Assembly (NCBI GenBank): GCA_014360685.1
Contig: JACIXB010000016.1
Coordinates: forward strand, 253,586 to 317,585
Direction of reading: 5' to 3'
DNA: 64,000 nucleotides
From: Actinomycetota bacterium
GTDB lineage: Bacteria; Actinomycetota; Geothermincolia; Geothermincolales; RBG-13-55-18
Shown: piece after piece, positions 36,120 through 45,515 of the stretch
How positions within the stretch are numbered: position 1 is the stretch's first letter
How the letters are laid out: each line of letters begins with the position of its first letter
The notes under the pieces: generated by a model
Databases searched by the model: none
What the model was told of the DNA's origin: nothing
What the model saw: the letters and a program-made list of their open reading frames with translations, nothing else
Translations under genes and position numbers: made by a program

Positions 36120-37823
36120 ATGATTCCGAGCGACCTTGAGATCGCCCAGGCGGCGGAGATGCTCCCCATCACCGAGATCGCCAAGAACATGGGGCTGGAG
36201 GAGGACGAGATCGAGCTCTACGGCAAGTACAAGGCCAAGATCAATTTTGAACAAGTCCTGGAGCGTATGAAGGACCGCCCGGACGCCAAGTACATCGACG
36301 TCACCGCCATCACCCCCACCCCCCTCGGAGAGGGCAAGACGGTGACCTCCATCGGGTTGACCCAGGCCCTGGGGAAGATAGGGAAAAACGTGGTCCTCAC
36401 CCTTCGTGAGCCCTCCCTGGGCCCGGTATTCGGCATCAAGGGCGGAGCGGCCGGAGGCGGGTATTCCCAGGTGGTCCCCATGGAGGATCTCAACCTCCAT
36501 TTCACCGGTGACATCCACGCCGTGGGGGCGGCCAACAACCTGCTGGCGGCCATGATCGATACCAGCATCCTGCTGGGTAACCCCTTGAACATCGATCCCC
36601 TGACCATCTCCTGGCGCCGGGTGGTGGACATCAGCGACCGCGCCCTGCGGGATATCGTCATCGGCCTCGGCGGCAGGGAGAACGGTTATCCGCGCCAGAC
36701 CGGTTACGACATCACCGTGGCCTCCGAGGTCATGGCCATCCTGGCCCTGGCCAAGAACCTTAAGGACCTCAGGCAGCGCCTGGGCCGCATAGTGGTGGCT
36801 TATACCTATGACGGCAAGCCGGTGACCGCCGAGGACCTCAAAGCCGCGGGGGCTATGACCGTGCTCCTCAAGGAGGCCCTCAAGCCCAACCTCATCCAGA
36901 CCCTGGAACACCAGCCCTGCATCATGCATGCCGGGCCCTTCGCCAACATCGCCCACGGCAACAACTCCGTGGTGGCCGACCTGGTGGCCCTCAAGTGCGC
37001 CGATTACGTGGTCACGGAGTCCGGTTTCGGCGCCGACTGCGGAGCGGAGAAGATGATGAACATAAAGGTCCGCGCCCTGGGCAAATCCCCGGACTGCGTG
37101 GTCATCACCTGCACCATCCGGGCCTTGAAGATGCACGGAGGCGCCTTCACCGTGCGACCCGGAAAGCCCATCGACGAGGAGCTGGTGAAAAAGGAGAACA
37201 TGCCCGCCCTGGAGGAGGGCACCGGTAACCTCATCAAGATGATCGAGAACATGAAGCTCTTCGGGCTGCCGGTGGTGGTGACCATCAACAAGCGGACCAC
37301 GGACACCGACCAGGAGATCCAGCTGGTCAAGAAGCTGGCCGAAGAGGCCGGCGTGGTGGCCTGCGTGCCCATCGAGGTGTGGGCCAAGGGCGGCGAGGGA
37401 GGCAAAGAAGCCGCTGAGGCGGTGGTGGAGGCCTGCAACCAGCCCAAGGAGTTCAAGTTCCTCTACGAGCTGGACTGGCCAATCAAGAAAAAGATCGAGA
37501 CCATCGCCACCAAGATCTACGGCGCCGATGGGGTGGACTACAGCCCGCTCGCGGAGCAGAAGATACAGCAGTACACGGAGGCGGGCTGGGACAAGTTGCC
37601 CATCTGCATGGCCAAGACCCATCTATCCCTCTCCCATGACCCCAACCTGAAGGGCGTTCCCAAGGGTTACCGTCTCCCGGTGGTGGATATCCGTCCCTCC
37701 ATCGGGGCCGGGTTCCTCTACCCCCTGTGCGGGGCCATGAGGACCATGCCCGGCTTGCCCAGCCGACCGGCGGCGGTGGACGTGGACATCGACGAGACTG
37801 GCAGGACGGTGGGCCTGTTCTGA
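36120..37823 (+). CDS. fhs: Formate--tetrahydrofolate ligase
   Basis: Full-length FTHFS: PTPLGEGKTVTSIGL, GIKGGAAGGGYSQVVPMEDLNLHFTGD, EPSLGPVFG. Confidence 0.9.
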   Translation: MIPSDLEIAQAAEMLPITEIAKNMGLEEDEIELYGKYKAKINFEQVLERMKDRPDAKYIDVTAITPTPLGEGKTVTSIGLTQALGKIGKNVVLTLREPSLGPVFGIKGGAAGGGYSQVVPMEDLNLHFTGDIHAVGAANNLLAAMIDTSILLGNPLNIDPLTISWRRVVDISDRALRDIVIGLGGRENGYPRQTGYDITVASEVMAILALAKNLKDLRQRLGRIVVAYTYDGKPVTAEDLKAAGAMTVLLKEALKPNLIQTLEHQPCIMHAGPFANIAHGNNSVVADLVALKCADYVVTESGFGADCGAEKMMNIKVRALGKSPDCVVITCTIRALKMHGGAFTVRPGKPIDEELVKKENMPALEEGTGNLIKMIENMKLFGLPVVVTINKRTTDTDQEIQLVKKLAEEAGVVACVPIEVWAKGGEGGKEAAEAVVEACNQPKEFKFLYELDWPIKKKIETIATKIYGADGVDYSPLAEQKIQQYTEAGWDKLPICMAKTHLSLSHDPNLKGVPKGYRLPVVDIRPSIGAGFLYPLCGAMRTMPGLPSRPAAVDVDIDETGRTVGLF

Positions 37824-37922
37824 TGGTCGTGAAAGACTTCTGAAGATGAGAGGTGACGATGCCCCGGTCCACCCGACCGGGGCATCGACCGGAAGGGCCG
37901 GAGGTAACGCGGAGGAGGGCGC

Positions 37923-39908
37923 TTGGAGGAGACCTGCAGGGTACTGTTCCTTCCTGATAATCGCTATATAGTGGTCCCCCGGGGGGAGAACCTCCTCAAG
38001 GCGGCTATGGACGCCGACGTGCACGTCAACGCTTCCTGCGGGGGCTCCGGGTCCTGCGGCAAGTGCCGGGTGGTGGTGGAAGAGGGGGAGGTGGAGAGGG
38101 AGCCCAACCCCAAGCTCTCTCCGGAGGAGACAGCCAAGGGCTACGCCTTGGCCTGCCAGACCAGGGTTCTCTCGGACCTCCGGGTGAGGGTCCCCATCGA
38201 GTCGCGCATCGGCGACAAGAGGATCTTCGAGCGCCGGGAACCCGTCCCCGCCCACGGACACCTCCTATCCGCCGCCGACTGGGAGAAGAGACTCCCCCAC
38301 TGGGAACTCAATCCCTCAACCTGCAAGGTCCACCTGGTCCTCCCTCCTCCGACCCTGGACGACAACGTCAGCGATGCGGAGCGGGTGAAGAGGGGGCTGG
38401 CCATGGAAGCCGGGCTGCGCGAGGTGGTCATCGACTACCCGGTGTTGCAGCGATTGCCCAACATGCTGCGCCAGAGCGACTGGGACATCACGGTCACCGT
38501 CCTGGACAGCGGGGAGGAGCTCCGCGCCGTGCGCATCGAGCAGGGGGACACCACGAAACGCCAGTCGGCCATCGCCATAGACGTGGGAACCACCACCATA
38601 TCCGCCGAGCTCATCGACCTGCGCACGGGGGAGGTCACCGCCCGGGCCTCAGACTACAACGCCCAGGTGGCCTTCGGCGAGGACGTCATCACCCGCATCA
38701 TCTACGCCACCCGCGGCACCGGCCTGGCCAAGCTGCAGTCGGTGGTGGTGGGGACCATCTGGAACCTCATCAAGACCCTGGTGGAGCAGGCGGGTATCGA
38801 GTACTGCAACATCACCCACCTGGTGGTGGCCGGGAACACCACCATGACCCACCTCCTCCTGGGCCTGAACCCCAAGTACATCCGCGAGGAACCATACATC
38901 CCATCGGCCACCTTCTTCCCCTGGATAAAGTGCAGCGACATCGGCCTGCGCATCGCCGCCGGGGTGTACCTCTACGCCATACCCTGCGTGGCCTCCTATG
39001 TGGGCGGGGACATCGTGGCCGGGATGCTGGCCTCGGGGATCTTCAACACCGACAAGCTCACCCTGTACATAGACATCGGGACCAACGGGGAGATGGTCCT
39101 GGGCAACCGGGAGTGGATGCTCTCCTGCTCCTGCTCCGCCGGGCCCGCCTTCGAGGGGGGCGGGGTGAAGCACGGCATGCGGGCCACCCGCGGGGCCATC
39201 GAGCAGGTGCGTATCAACCCCGGGAACTACGAGCCCATGATCATCACCGTGGGCAACCGCAAGCCCATCGGCATCTGCGGCTCGGGGCTCATCGACGCCC
39301 TATCCGAGATGTTCATGACCGGGATCATCAACGAGAAGGGGAAGATCAACACGGACCTCCCCACCGACCGGGTGCGGGCCACGGAGGGGGGAGCGGAGTA
39401 CGTGCTGGTGCGGGCGGAGGACTCCGCCACCCGGAGGGACATAGTCATCACCGAGGTGGACATCGACAACCTCATGCGGGCCAAGGCAGCCGTCTACGCG
39501 GGCATAGAGATACTCCTCTCCTCGGTGGACATGGACGTGTCCATGATCGACGAGCTGCTCATCGCCGGGGCCTTCGGGCGCTACCTGGAGGTGGACAAGG
39601 CGGTGAACATCGGCCTCCTCCCGGACATCGGCTTCGAGAAGATGAAGTTCGTGGGCAACGGGTCCCTCCTGGGAGCCCACCTCTCCGCCCTGTCCAAGGA
39701 CATGCTGGAGAAGGCCAACGAGATAGCCCGGCAGATGACCTACCTGGAACTGTCCATGAACCCCGCCTTCATGGAGCACTACCTGTCGGCTCTCTTCTTC
39801 CCCCACACCAACCTGGACGCCTTCCCCTCGGTGAAGGAGAAACTGGAGGCCCGGAGGAAGGTGCGCTACGCGGGCGGGGAGGCGGCTACCGCCAGGGAGG
39901 TGGGTTGA
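37923..39908 (+). CDS. Reductive activator of corrinoid iron-sulfur protein (RACo/AcsV-like): plant-type 2Fe-2S ferredoxin plus ASKHA ATPase domain
   Basis: N-terminal CGGSGSCGKCRV...C ferredoxin motif; ASKHA-type IAIDVGTTTI and DIGTNGEMVLGN...CSCSAGPAFEGG. Confidence 0.8.
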   Translation: MEETCRVLFLPDNRYIVVPRGENLLKAAMDADVHVNASCGGSGSCGKCRVVVEEGEVEREPNPKLSPEETAKGYALACQTRVLSDLRVRVPIESRIGDKRIFERREPVPAHGHLLSAADWEKRLPHWELNPSTCKVHLVLPPPTLDDNVSDAERVKRGLAMEAGLREVVIDYPVLQRLPNMLRQSDWDITVTVLDSGEELRAVRIEQGDTTKRQSAIAIDVGTTTISAELIDLRTGEVTARASDYNAQVAFGEDVITRIIYATRGTGLAKLQSVVVGTIWNLIKTLVEQAGIEYCNITHLVVAGNTTMTHLLLGLNPKYIREEPYIPSATFFPWIKCSDIGLRIAAGVYLYAIPCVASYVGGDIVAGMLASGIFNTDKLTLYIDIGTNGEMVLGNREWMLSCSCSAGPAFEGGGVKHGMRATRGAIEQVRINPGNYEPMIITVGNRKPIGICGSGLIDALSEMFMTGIINEKGKINTDLPTDRVRATEGGAEYVLVRAEDSATRRDIVITEVDIDNLMRAKAAVYAGIEILLSSVDMDVSMIDELLIAGAFGRYLEVDKAVNIGLLPDIGFEKMKFVGNGSLLGAHLSALSKDMLEKANEIARQMTYLELSMNPAFMEHYLSALFFPHTNLDAFPSVKEKLEARRKVRYAGGEAATAREVG

Positions 39909-39909
39909 G

Positions 39910-40686
39910 GTGAGCGTGGTCATCGCCGTGTCCGGCAAGGGGGGTACGGGGAAGACCACCTTCTCCGCCCTGGCCGTGGATTACCTGGTGCGCGCCACGG
40001 GAAAGGCGGTCCTGGCCGTGGACGCCGATTCCAACGCCAACCTGGACCAGGCCCTGGGCACCCGGGCGGAGAAGACCATCGGGGCGGTGCGGGAGTACCT
40101 CACCGAGAACGTCTCCCGCATCCCCGCCGGGATGTCCAAGGAAGTGTGGGTGGAGACCATGCTCCGCCAGGCCCTGGTGGAGGAGAAGGGTTTCGACCTC
40201 ATCTCCATGGGAAGGCCGGAGGGACCGGGCTGTTACTGCTACTTGAACAACATCTTCCGTCGCTACCTGGACATCATGACCAAACAGTACGAGTACGTGG
40301 TCATGGACAACGAGGCGGGAATGGAACACCTCTCCCGCCGAACCACGCGTGGCGTGGACTTGATGTTCATCGCCTCCGACCCCACCGTGCGCGGGGTGCG
40401 CACCGCTTTGCGCATCCGGGACCTGGCCCGGGAGCTCAAGTTGGACATCCGCCGCATGGCCCTGGTGGTGTCCCGGGTCAGGGACGGGCTTCCGGATAAC
40501 CTCAAGGCCATCGCCGAGGAGGCCAACCTGGAGGTGGCCGGGGTGGTTCCGGAGGACCCCATGGTCTCGAGCCTGGACGAGGAGGGAAGGGCCATAACCG
40601 AGCTTCCCCCGGAGAGCCCGGCCCGCCGGGCGGTGGAGGGCATCCTCTCCCGCTACCTGGAAGCCCTCAAGGGGCCGCGCGGGTGA
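39910..40686 (+). CDS. cooC: CODH nickel-insertion accessory ATPase CooC
   Basis: Deviant Walker A AVSGKGGTGKTTFSA, CYC motif GPGCYCYLNN; coordinates follow the six-frame track (my hand count of the sequence text put the GTG start one base later). Confidence 0.85.
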   Translation: MSVVIAVSGKGGTGKTTFSALAVDYLVRATGKAVLAVDADSNANLDQALGTRAEKTIGAVREYLTENVSRIPAGMSKEVWVETMLRQALVEEKGFDLISMGRPEGPGCYCYLNNIFRRYLDIMTKQYEYVVMDNEAGMEHLSRRTTRGVDLMFIASDPTVRGVRTALRIRDLARELKLDIRRMALVVSRVRDGLPDNLKAIAEEANLEVAGVVPEDPMVSSLDEEGRAITELPPESPARRAVEGILSRYLEALKGPRG

Positions 40687-40770
40687 ACCGGGTTTGGGTG
40701 TTTAATGAAAATGGTGGAATTGTGCAGGGAGAAGTGCGATAATCAGGATTTGGACCGGGGAGGTCTGACG

Positions 40771-41397
40771 ATGTACGTAGAGAAGCCCATGGTCGTATTC
40801 CTGGACAAGCTCGCCTCCAGGTCGCCGGAGCCGGGTGGAGGCTCCGCTTCCGCATTGGTGGGGGCCGTGGGCGCGGCCCTGGTCTCCATGGTGGCCAACC
40901 TGACCCTGGGCAAGGAGAAGTACGCCGACGTCCAGGACCGCATCGAGGAACTGCTGCGCGATTCGGAAGCGTTGCGCGCCGACCTGCAGACACTCCTCCA
41001 GAGGGACACCGAGGTCTACGCCGACGTCTCCGCGGCTTACAAGCTCCCCCGCGATACGGAGGAACAGAAGGCGGAGCGGAACGCCCGCATCCAGGAAGCC
41101 CTGAAGAAGGCCACCGAGGTACCCTTCGAGATCGCCGAGAAGTGCCTGCAGGTGGCCCGCCTCTCGGAGACGGCGGCGGAGATCGGGAACGTGGGCGCGG
41201 TGAGCGACGCCGGGGTGGCGGTCCTCCTGGCCGAGGCGGCGGCCCAGAGCGCGGCCCTCAACGTGAAGATAAACGTGAACAGCATCGAGGACCGGGATTT
41301 CGCCGGGGCCCGCTGGGCTCGCATAGAGGAGATCCTCGGGGAAACCGCCCGCCTGCGGGACCGCGTGGTGAAGCTGACTTACGAGAAACTCGGATAG
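40771..41397 (+). CDS. fchA: Methenyltetrahydrofolate cyclohydrolase (FchA / formiminotransferase-cyclodeaminase C-domain family)
   Basis: FVDKLASRSPEPGGGSASALVGAVGAALVSMVANLTLGK signature; ATG at 40771 after GGGGAGG (track ORF from 40705). Confidence 0.75.
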   Translation: MYVEKPMVVFLDKLASRSPEPGGGSASALVGAVGAALVSMVANLTLGKEKYADVQDRIEELLRDSEALRADLQTLLQRDTEVYADVSAAYKLPRDTEEQKAERNARIQEALKKATEVPFEIAEKCLQVARLSETAAEIGNVGAVSDAGVAVLLAEAAAQSAALNVKINVNSIEDRDFAGARWARIEEILGETARLRDRVVKLTYEKLG

Positions 41398-41553
41398 GAG
41401 CGCCCGAAAGGCGGTCCCCACGCGATCCCCGCGCATGAACCCGCTGACGCGGACGCGTGGCGCGGGCGCGGGTAATGATCCATGGGATACGAGGGACGTT
41501 AAGGTGGGAGGAAGGAAGGAATCCCCTCCGGAAAAGGGAAAGGAGCGAGGCTT

Positions 41554-42492
41554 ATGACCGTGGTCATCGATTGCGTCGCCATCGGCGAGGAGCTGATGAA
41601 GGAGATCGTGGCCGAGACGGAGGCCCTCAAGGCCAAGGGGATAACCCCCGGAATAGCCACCCTACTGGTGGGGGACGATTTCGGAGCCCGCATGTACCGG
41701 GGGCAGGTGGAGAAGTTCTGCCAGGAGGCGGGCTTCAACTATTTCAACGAGAACCCGCCGGCGGACGTCACCGAGGAAGAGGTGGTGGAGATCGTCAAGC
41801 GGCTCAACGCCGACAAGGCGGTTTCCGGCATCCTCCCCCTGCGTCCCTTCCCGGAGCACATCTCCGACAGCGCGGTGATCAACTCCATCGACGTGAACAA
41901 GGACATCGACTGCTTCCACCCCTTCAACATGGGCAAGCTGGCCCTGGGCGAGCCCACCTTCCCGCCGGCCACCCCCTCCGCGGTGGTGGAGATACTGGAC
42001 CGCTACGCCCGGGAATACGAGAAGATGGACCCCAAGGACTTCTACGAGGGCGCGGAGATCGTGGTGGTGGGCCATTCCAACATCGTGGGCAAGCCGGTGG
42101 CCTTCCTCATGCTCAACCGCAACGCCACCACCACCGTGTGCCACGTCTTCACCAGCATGAAGGGCAACCTGGAAAAGCATACCAAGGGGGCGGACATCCT
42201 CATCGTGGCCGCCGGCAAAGCCGGCCTCATCGGCCCGGAACAGGTGAAGGAAGGGGCCATCGTGGTGGACGTGGGCATCAACCGGGTGAAGGTCCTGGAC
42301 GAGAAGGGCGAGCCGGTGCTGAATGAGAAGGGCAAGCCCAAGACCAAGACGGTGGGCGACGTGGCCTTCGACGCCGTCAAGGACATGGTCAAGGCCATCA
42401 CCCCGGTGCCCGGCGGCGTGGGGTCGGTGACCAACCGCATGCTCATGAAGAACGCCCTGCGCGCCTGCAAGCTCCAGCACGGCCTGGAATGA
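41554..42492 (+). CDS. folD: Methylenetetrahydrofolate dehydrogenase/cyclohydrolase
   Basis: FolD family: catalytic N-domain plus NAD(P) Rossmann VVVGHSNIVGKPVAFLML...ADILIVAAGKAGLI. Confidence 0.85.
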   Translation: MTVVIDCVAIGEELMKEIVAETEALKAKGITPGIATLLVGDDFGARMYRGQVEKFCQEAGFNYFNENPPADVTEEEVVEIVKRLNADKAVSGILPLRPFPEHISDSAVINSIDVNKDIDCFHPFNMGKLALGEPTFPPATPSAVVEILDRYAREYEKMDPKDFYEGAEIVVVGHSNIVGKPVAFLMLNRNATTTVCHVFTSMKGNLEKHTKGADILIVAAGKAGLIGPEQVKEGAIVVDVGINRVKVLDEKGEPVLNEKGKPKTKTVGDVAFDAVKDMVKAITPVPGGVGSVTNRMLMKNALRACKLQHGLE

Positions 42493-42568
42493 CGGGGGTC
42501 AAGGTCCTCGACGGAGGTTGAAAATATCATAATCACTGGTGGTTGAGACATCGGAAAGGAGTAGAGAG

Positions 42569-43510
42569 ATGGCATTCACCCTACCGACGGAAACGGCCAA
42601 GGGCAAGATCCGCGAGGTAGAGCTGGGAGCCGGGGAAAAGGCCCGCAAGGTGGGCGGCGAGACCTGCCTCCCCTTCTATCTATGGGAGGGCGAGATGCCC
42701 AACAAGCCCCTGGTGGCCGCTGAGGTCATGGACGAGGTGGGCGAGCTGGTCCCGGCCCTGGAGAAAGCCCTGGGCGGGGTGAAGGACGACCCCGTGGCCT
42801 GGGCTAAGAAGGCCGTGGAGGAATGGGGAGCGGACGCCGTTTTCCTCCTCCTCACCTCCACCGACCCCAAGGGAACCGACGCCCCCGCCGACCAGGCGGC
42901 GGAGACGGTGCTCAAGGTGGAGGAGGCGGTGAAGGTCCCGGTCATCGTCTACGGCACCGAGGACCTGGAGAAGGACGCCGAGATCGCCCGCGTGGTGTCC
43001 ACCAAGGCGGAGGGCAGGAACCTGCTCATCGGCCCGGCCAAGGAGGACAACTTCAAGAAGGTGGGGGCCCCGGCCATCGGCTACAAGCAGACCGTCGCCG
43101 GCATGACCCCCATCGACGTCAACCTGGCCAAACAGCTGAACATCCTCCTCACCAACCTGGGCATGGAGGCGGACAAGCTGATCATCGACCCCACCACCGG
43201 GGCCCTGGGCTACGGCCTGGAGTACACCTACTCGGTGATGGAGCGCCTGAAGATCGCCGCCCTTTTCCAGGACGACTCCATGACCCAGATGCCCATGCTG
43301 GCCAACATCGGCTTCCAGGCCTGGAAGACCAAAGAGGCCAAGAGCTCCGAGGAGGATTACCCGGAGTGGGGCGACCCGGAGAAGCGCGGCATCATGTGGG
43401 AGACGGTGACCGCGGTGGCCCTGCTTTTGGCCGGCGCGGACATCCTGGTCCTGCGCCACCCGGAGTCCATCCGCCTGGTGAAGCAGCTCATCGCCGACCT
43501 ATCCGGGTAG
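42569..43510 (+). CDS. acsD: Corrinoid iron-sulfur protein small subunit (AcsD / CdhD-like)
   Basis: TIM-barrel CFeSP delta-subunit homology throughout; start at MAFTLPTE. Confidence 0.8.
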   Translation: MAFTLPTETAKGKIREVELGAGEKARKVGGETCLPFYLWEGEMPNKPLVAAEVMDEVGELVPALEKALGGVKDDPVAWAKKAVEEWGADAVFLLLTSTDPKGTDAPADQAAETVLKVEEAVKVPVIVYGTEDLEKDAEIARVVSTKAEGRNLLIGPAKEDNFKKVGAPAIGYKQTVAGMTPIDVNLAKQLNILLTNLGMEADKLIIDPTTGALGYGLEYTYSVMERLKIAALFQDDSMTQMPMLANIGFQAWKTKEAKSSEEDYPEWGDPEKRGIMWETVTAVALLLAGADILVLRHPESIRLVKQLIADLSG

Positions 43511-43577
43511 GCTTGGACATATGAGAGAAAGGGGTTCGCGAAGGACCCGAGACCAATTCACGGGAGGAACTGGAGAC

Positions 43578-45515
43578 ATGGCAGAGATCGAGGAACTTTC
43601 GGCGTGCGAGGCCACGCTGGAGATGCTCAGGCAGGCCAAGGAGGAGGGCCAGGAGACAGCCTTCGACCGCGTGGAGCAGCAGAAGGGATGCGCCTTCGGG
43701 GAGGCGGGCAGTTGCTGCCGCATATGCAACATGGGGCCCTGCCGCATCAACCCCAAGAAGCCGGAGGAGAGCCGGGGGGTGTGCGGGGCCACCATGGACA
43801 CCATCGTGGCCCGCAACTTCGCCCGCATGGTCTGCGGGGGAGCGTCGGCTCACTCCGACCACGGGCGCGCGGTGGCCGAGACCCTCATCCTGGCCGCGAA
43901 AGGTGAGGCCAAGGACTACGAGATCAAGGACCGCATCAAGCTCCTGGAGGTGGCCGCCGACCTGGGCGTGGAGGTGGGAGACCGCGACATCAACGACATC
44001 GCCCTGGAGGTGGGCGAGCGCTGCCTGGCCATGTTCGGGCAGCAGGAGGGCGAGCTGGCCTTCGCCCAGCGGGCCCCCGAGCCGCGCAAGGAGATCTGGC
44101 GCCAGCTGGGGGTCTTCCCGCGCGGCATCGACCGCGAGGTGGTGGAGCTCATGCACCGCACCTCCATCGGCGTGGACCAGGACTACGAGAACATCCTCCT
44201 GGCCTGCGCCCGCACCGCCCTGGCCGACGGCTGGGGAGGCTCCATGATCGGCACCGAGCTGCAGGACATCCTCTTCCAGACCCCGGTGCCCCTGGAGTCC
44301 AAGGTCAACCTGGGGGTGCTCAAGGAGGACGAGGTGAACATCATCGTCCACGGGCACGAACCCATCCTCTCGGAGATGATCGTCCTGGCCGCCAACCTCC
44401 CCGAGATGCAGGAGAAGGCCAGGAGCGTGGGGGCCAAGGGGATCAACCTGGCCGGCATCTGCTGCACGGCCAACGAGGTGCTCACCCGCCACGGCGTCCC
44501 CATCGCCGGCAACGTCCTGCAGCAGGAGCTGGCCCTGCTCACCGGGGCCGTGGAGGCCATGATAGTGGACGTGCAGTGCGTGTACCAGGGCATCGGCCAG
44601 ATCGCCAGCTGCCTGCACACGGACATCATCACCACCTCCCCCAAGGCCAAGATGCCCTACGCCCGGCACATCGAGTTCCACGAGGACAGGGCCCTGGACA
44701 TCGCCAAGGAGATCGTCTCCGCGGCCATCGACAACTTCCCCAAGCGGGGCAAGGTGCGCATACCCGACGTCCAGGAGTCCCTCATCGCCGGGTTCAACCA
44801 CGAGTACATCAACTACATGCTGGGCGGGCGCTTCCGCGCCTCCTACCGCCCCCTCAACGACGGGGTCATCGACGGCCGCATCCGCGGCGTGGTGGGCGTG
44901 GTGGGGTGCAACAACCCCCGCGTCAAGCACGACGACGTCCATGTCCGGGTGGTCAAGGAGCTCATCGCCAACGGGTGCCTGGTGGTCATGACCGGGTGCG
45001 CCGCCCAGTCGGTGGCCAAGGCCGGCCTCATGCTCCCCGAGGTGGCCCGGGAGGTCTGCCCCCAGGGGCTGTGGGAGATCTGCGAGGCGGTGGGCATCCC
45101 GCCCGTGCTGCACTGCGGCTCCTGCGTGGACAACAGCCGCATCCTCATCGCCTGCACGGCCATGGTCCACGAGGGAGGGCTGGGCGACGACATCAGCGAG
45201 CTGCCGGTGGCCGGGTGCGCGCCGGAGTGGATGAGCGAGAAGGCCATCTCCATCGGCGAGTACTTCGTGGCCTCGGGCGTGTACACCGTGTTCGGAGTGA
45301 AGTGGCCCACCATGGGCTCCAAGAACGTCACCGACTTCCTGTTCAAGAAGTACGGTGAGCTCTTCAAGAACACCTGGGACTTCGAGCCGGACCCGGAGAA
45401 GATGGTGGGCAAGATACTCAGCCACATCGACAGCAAGCGCGAGGCCCTGGGCATCATGGCCAAGCGCGAACGGGTCCTCTTCGACATGGCCATGAGAAGG
45501 GAGTTGGAGATCTGA
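43578..45515 (+). CDS. acsA: Ni-dependent carbon monoxide dehydrogenase catalytic subunit (CODH, AcsA/CooS)
   Basis: D/B-cluster CCRICNMGPCRI, C-cluster ligands HGHEP, GICCT, CGSCVDNSR. Confidence 0.9.
   Translation: MAEIEELSACEATLEMLRQAKEEGQETAFDRVEQQKGCAFGEAGSCCRICNMGPCRINPKKPEESRGVCGATMDTIVARNFARMVCGGASAHSDHGRAVAETLILAAKGEAKDYEIKDRIKLLEVAADLGVEVGDRDINDIALEVGERCLAMFGQQEGELAFAQRAPEPRKEIWRQLGVFPRGIDREVVELMHRTSIGVDQDYENILLACARTALADGWGGSMIGTELQDILFQTPVPLESKVNLGVLKEDEVNIIVHGHEPILSEMIVLAANLPEMQEKARSVGAKGINLAGICCTANEVLTRHGVPIAGNVLQQELALLTGAVEAMIVDVQCVYQGIGQIASCLHTDIITTSPKAKMPYARHIEFHEDRALDIAKEIVSAAIDNFPKRGKVRIPDVQESLIAGFNHEYINYMLGGRFRASYRPLNDGVIDGRIRGVVGVVGCNNPRVKHDDVHVRVVKELIANGCLVVMTGCAAQSVAKAGLMLPEVAREVCPQGLWEICEAVGIPPVLHCGSCVDNSRILIACTAMVHEGGLGDDISELPVAGCAPEWMSEKAISIGEYFVASGVYTVFGVKWPTMGSKNVTDFLFKKYGELFKNTWDFEPDPEKMVGKILSHIDSKREALGIMAKRERVLFDMAMRRELEI

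Noticed and set aside
39901-39915. Apparent one-base discrepancy between my hand count of the sequence text and the track coordinates around the RACo stop / cooC start
   Set aside because: Other checkpoints (positions 21-30, 57454-57456, 40684-40686) agree with the track, so I assume a local miscount on my part and kept the track coordinates.
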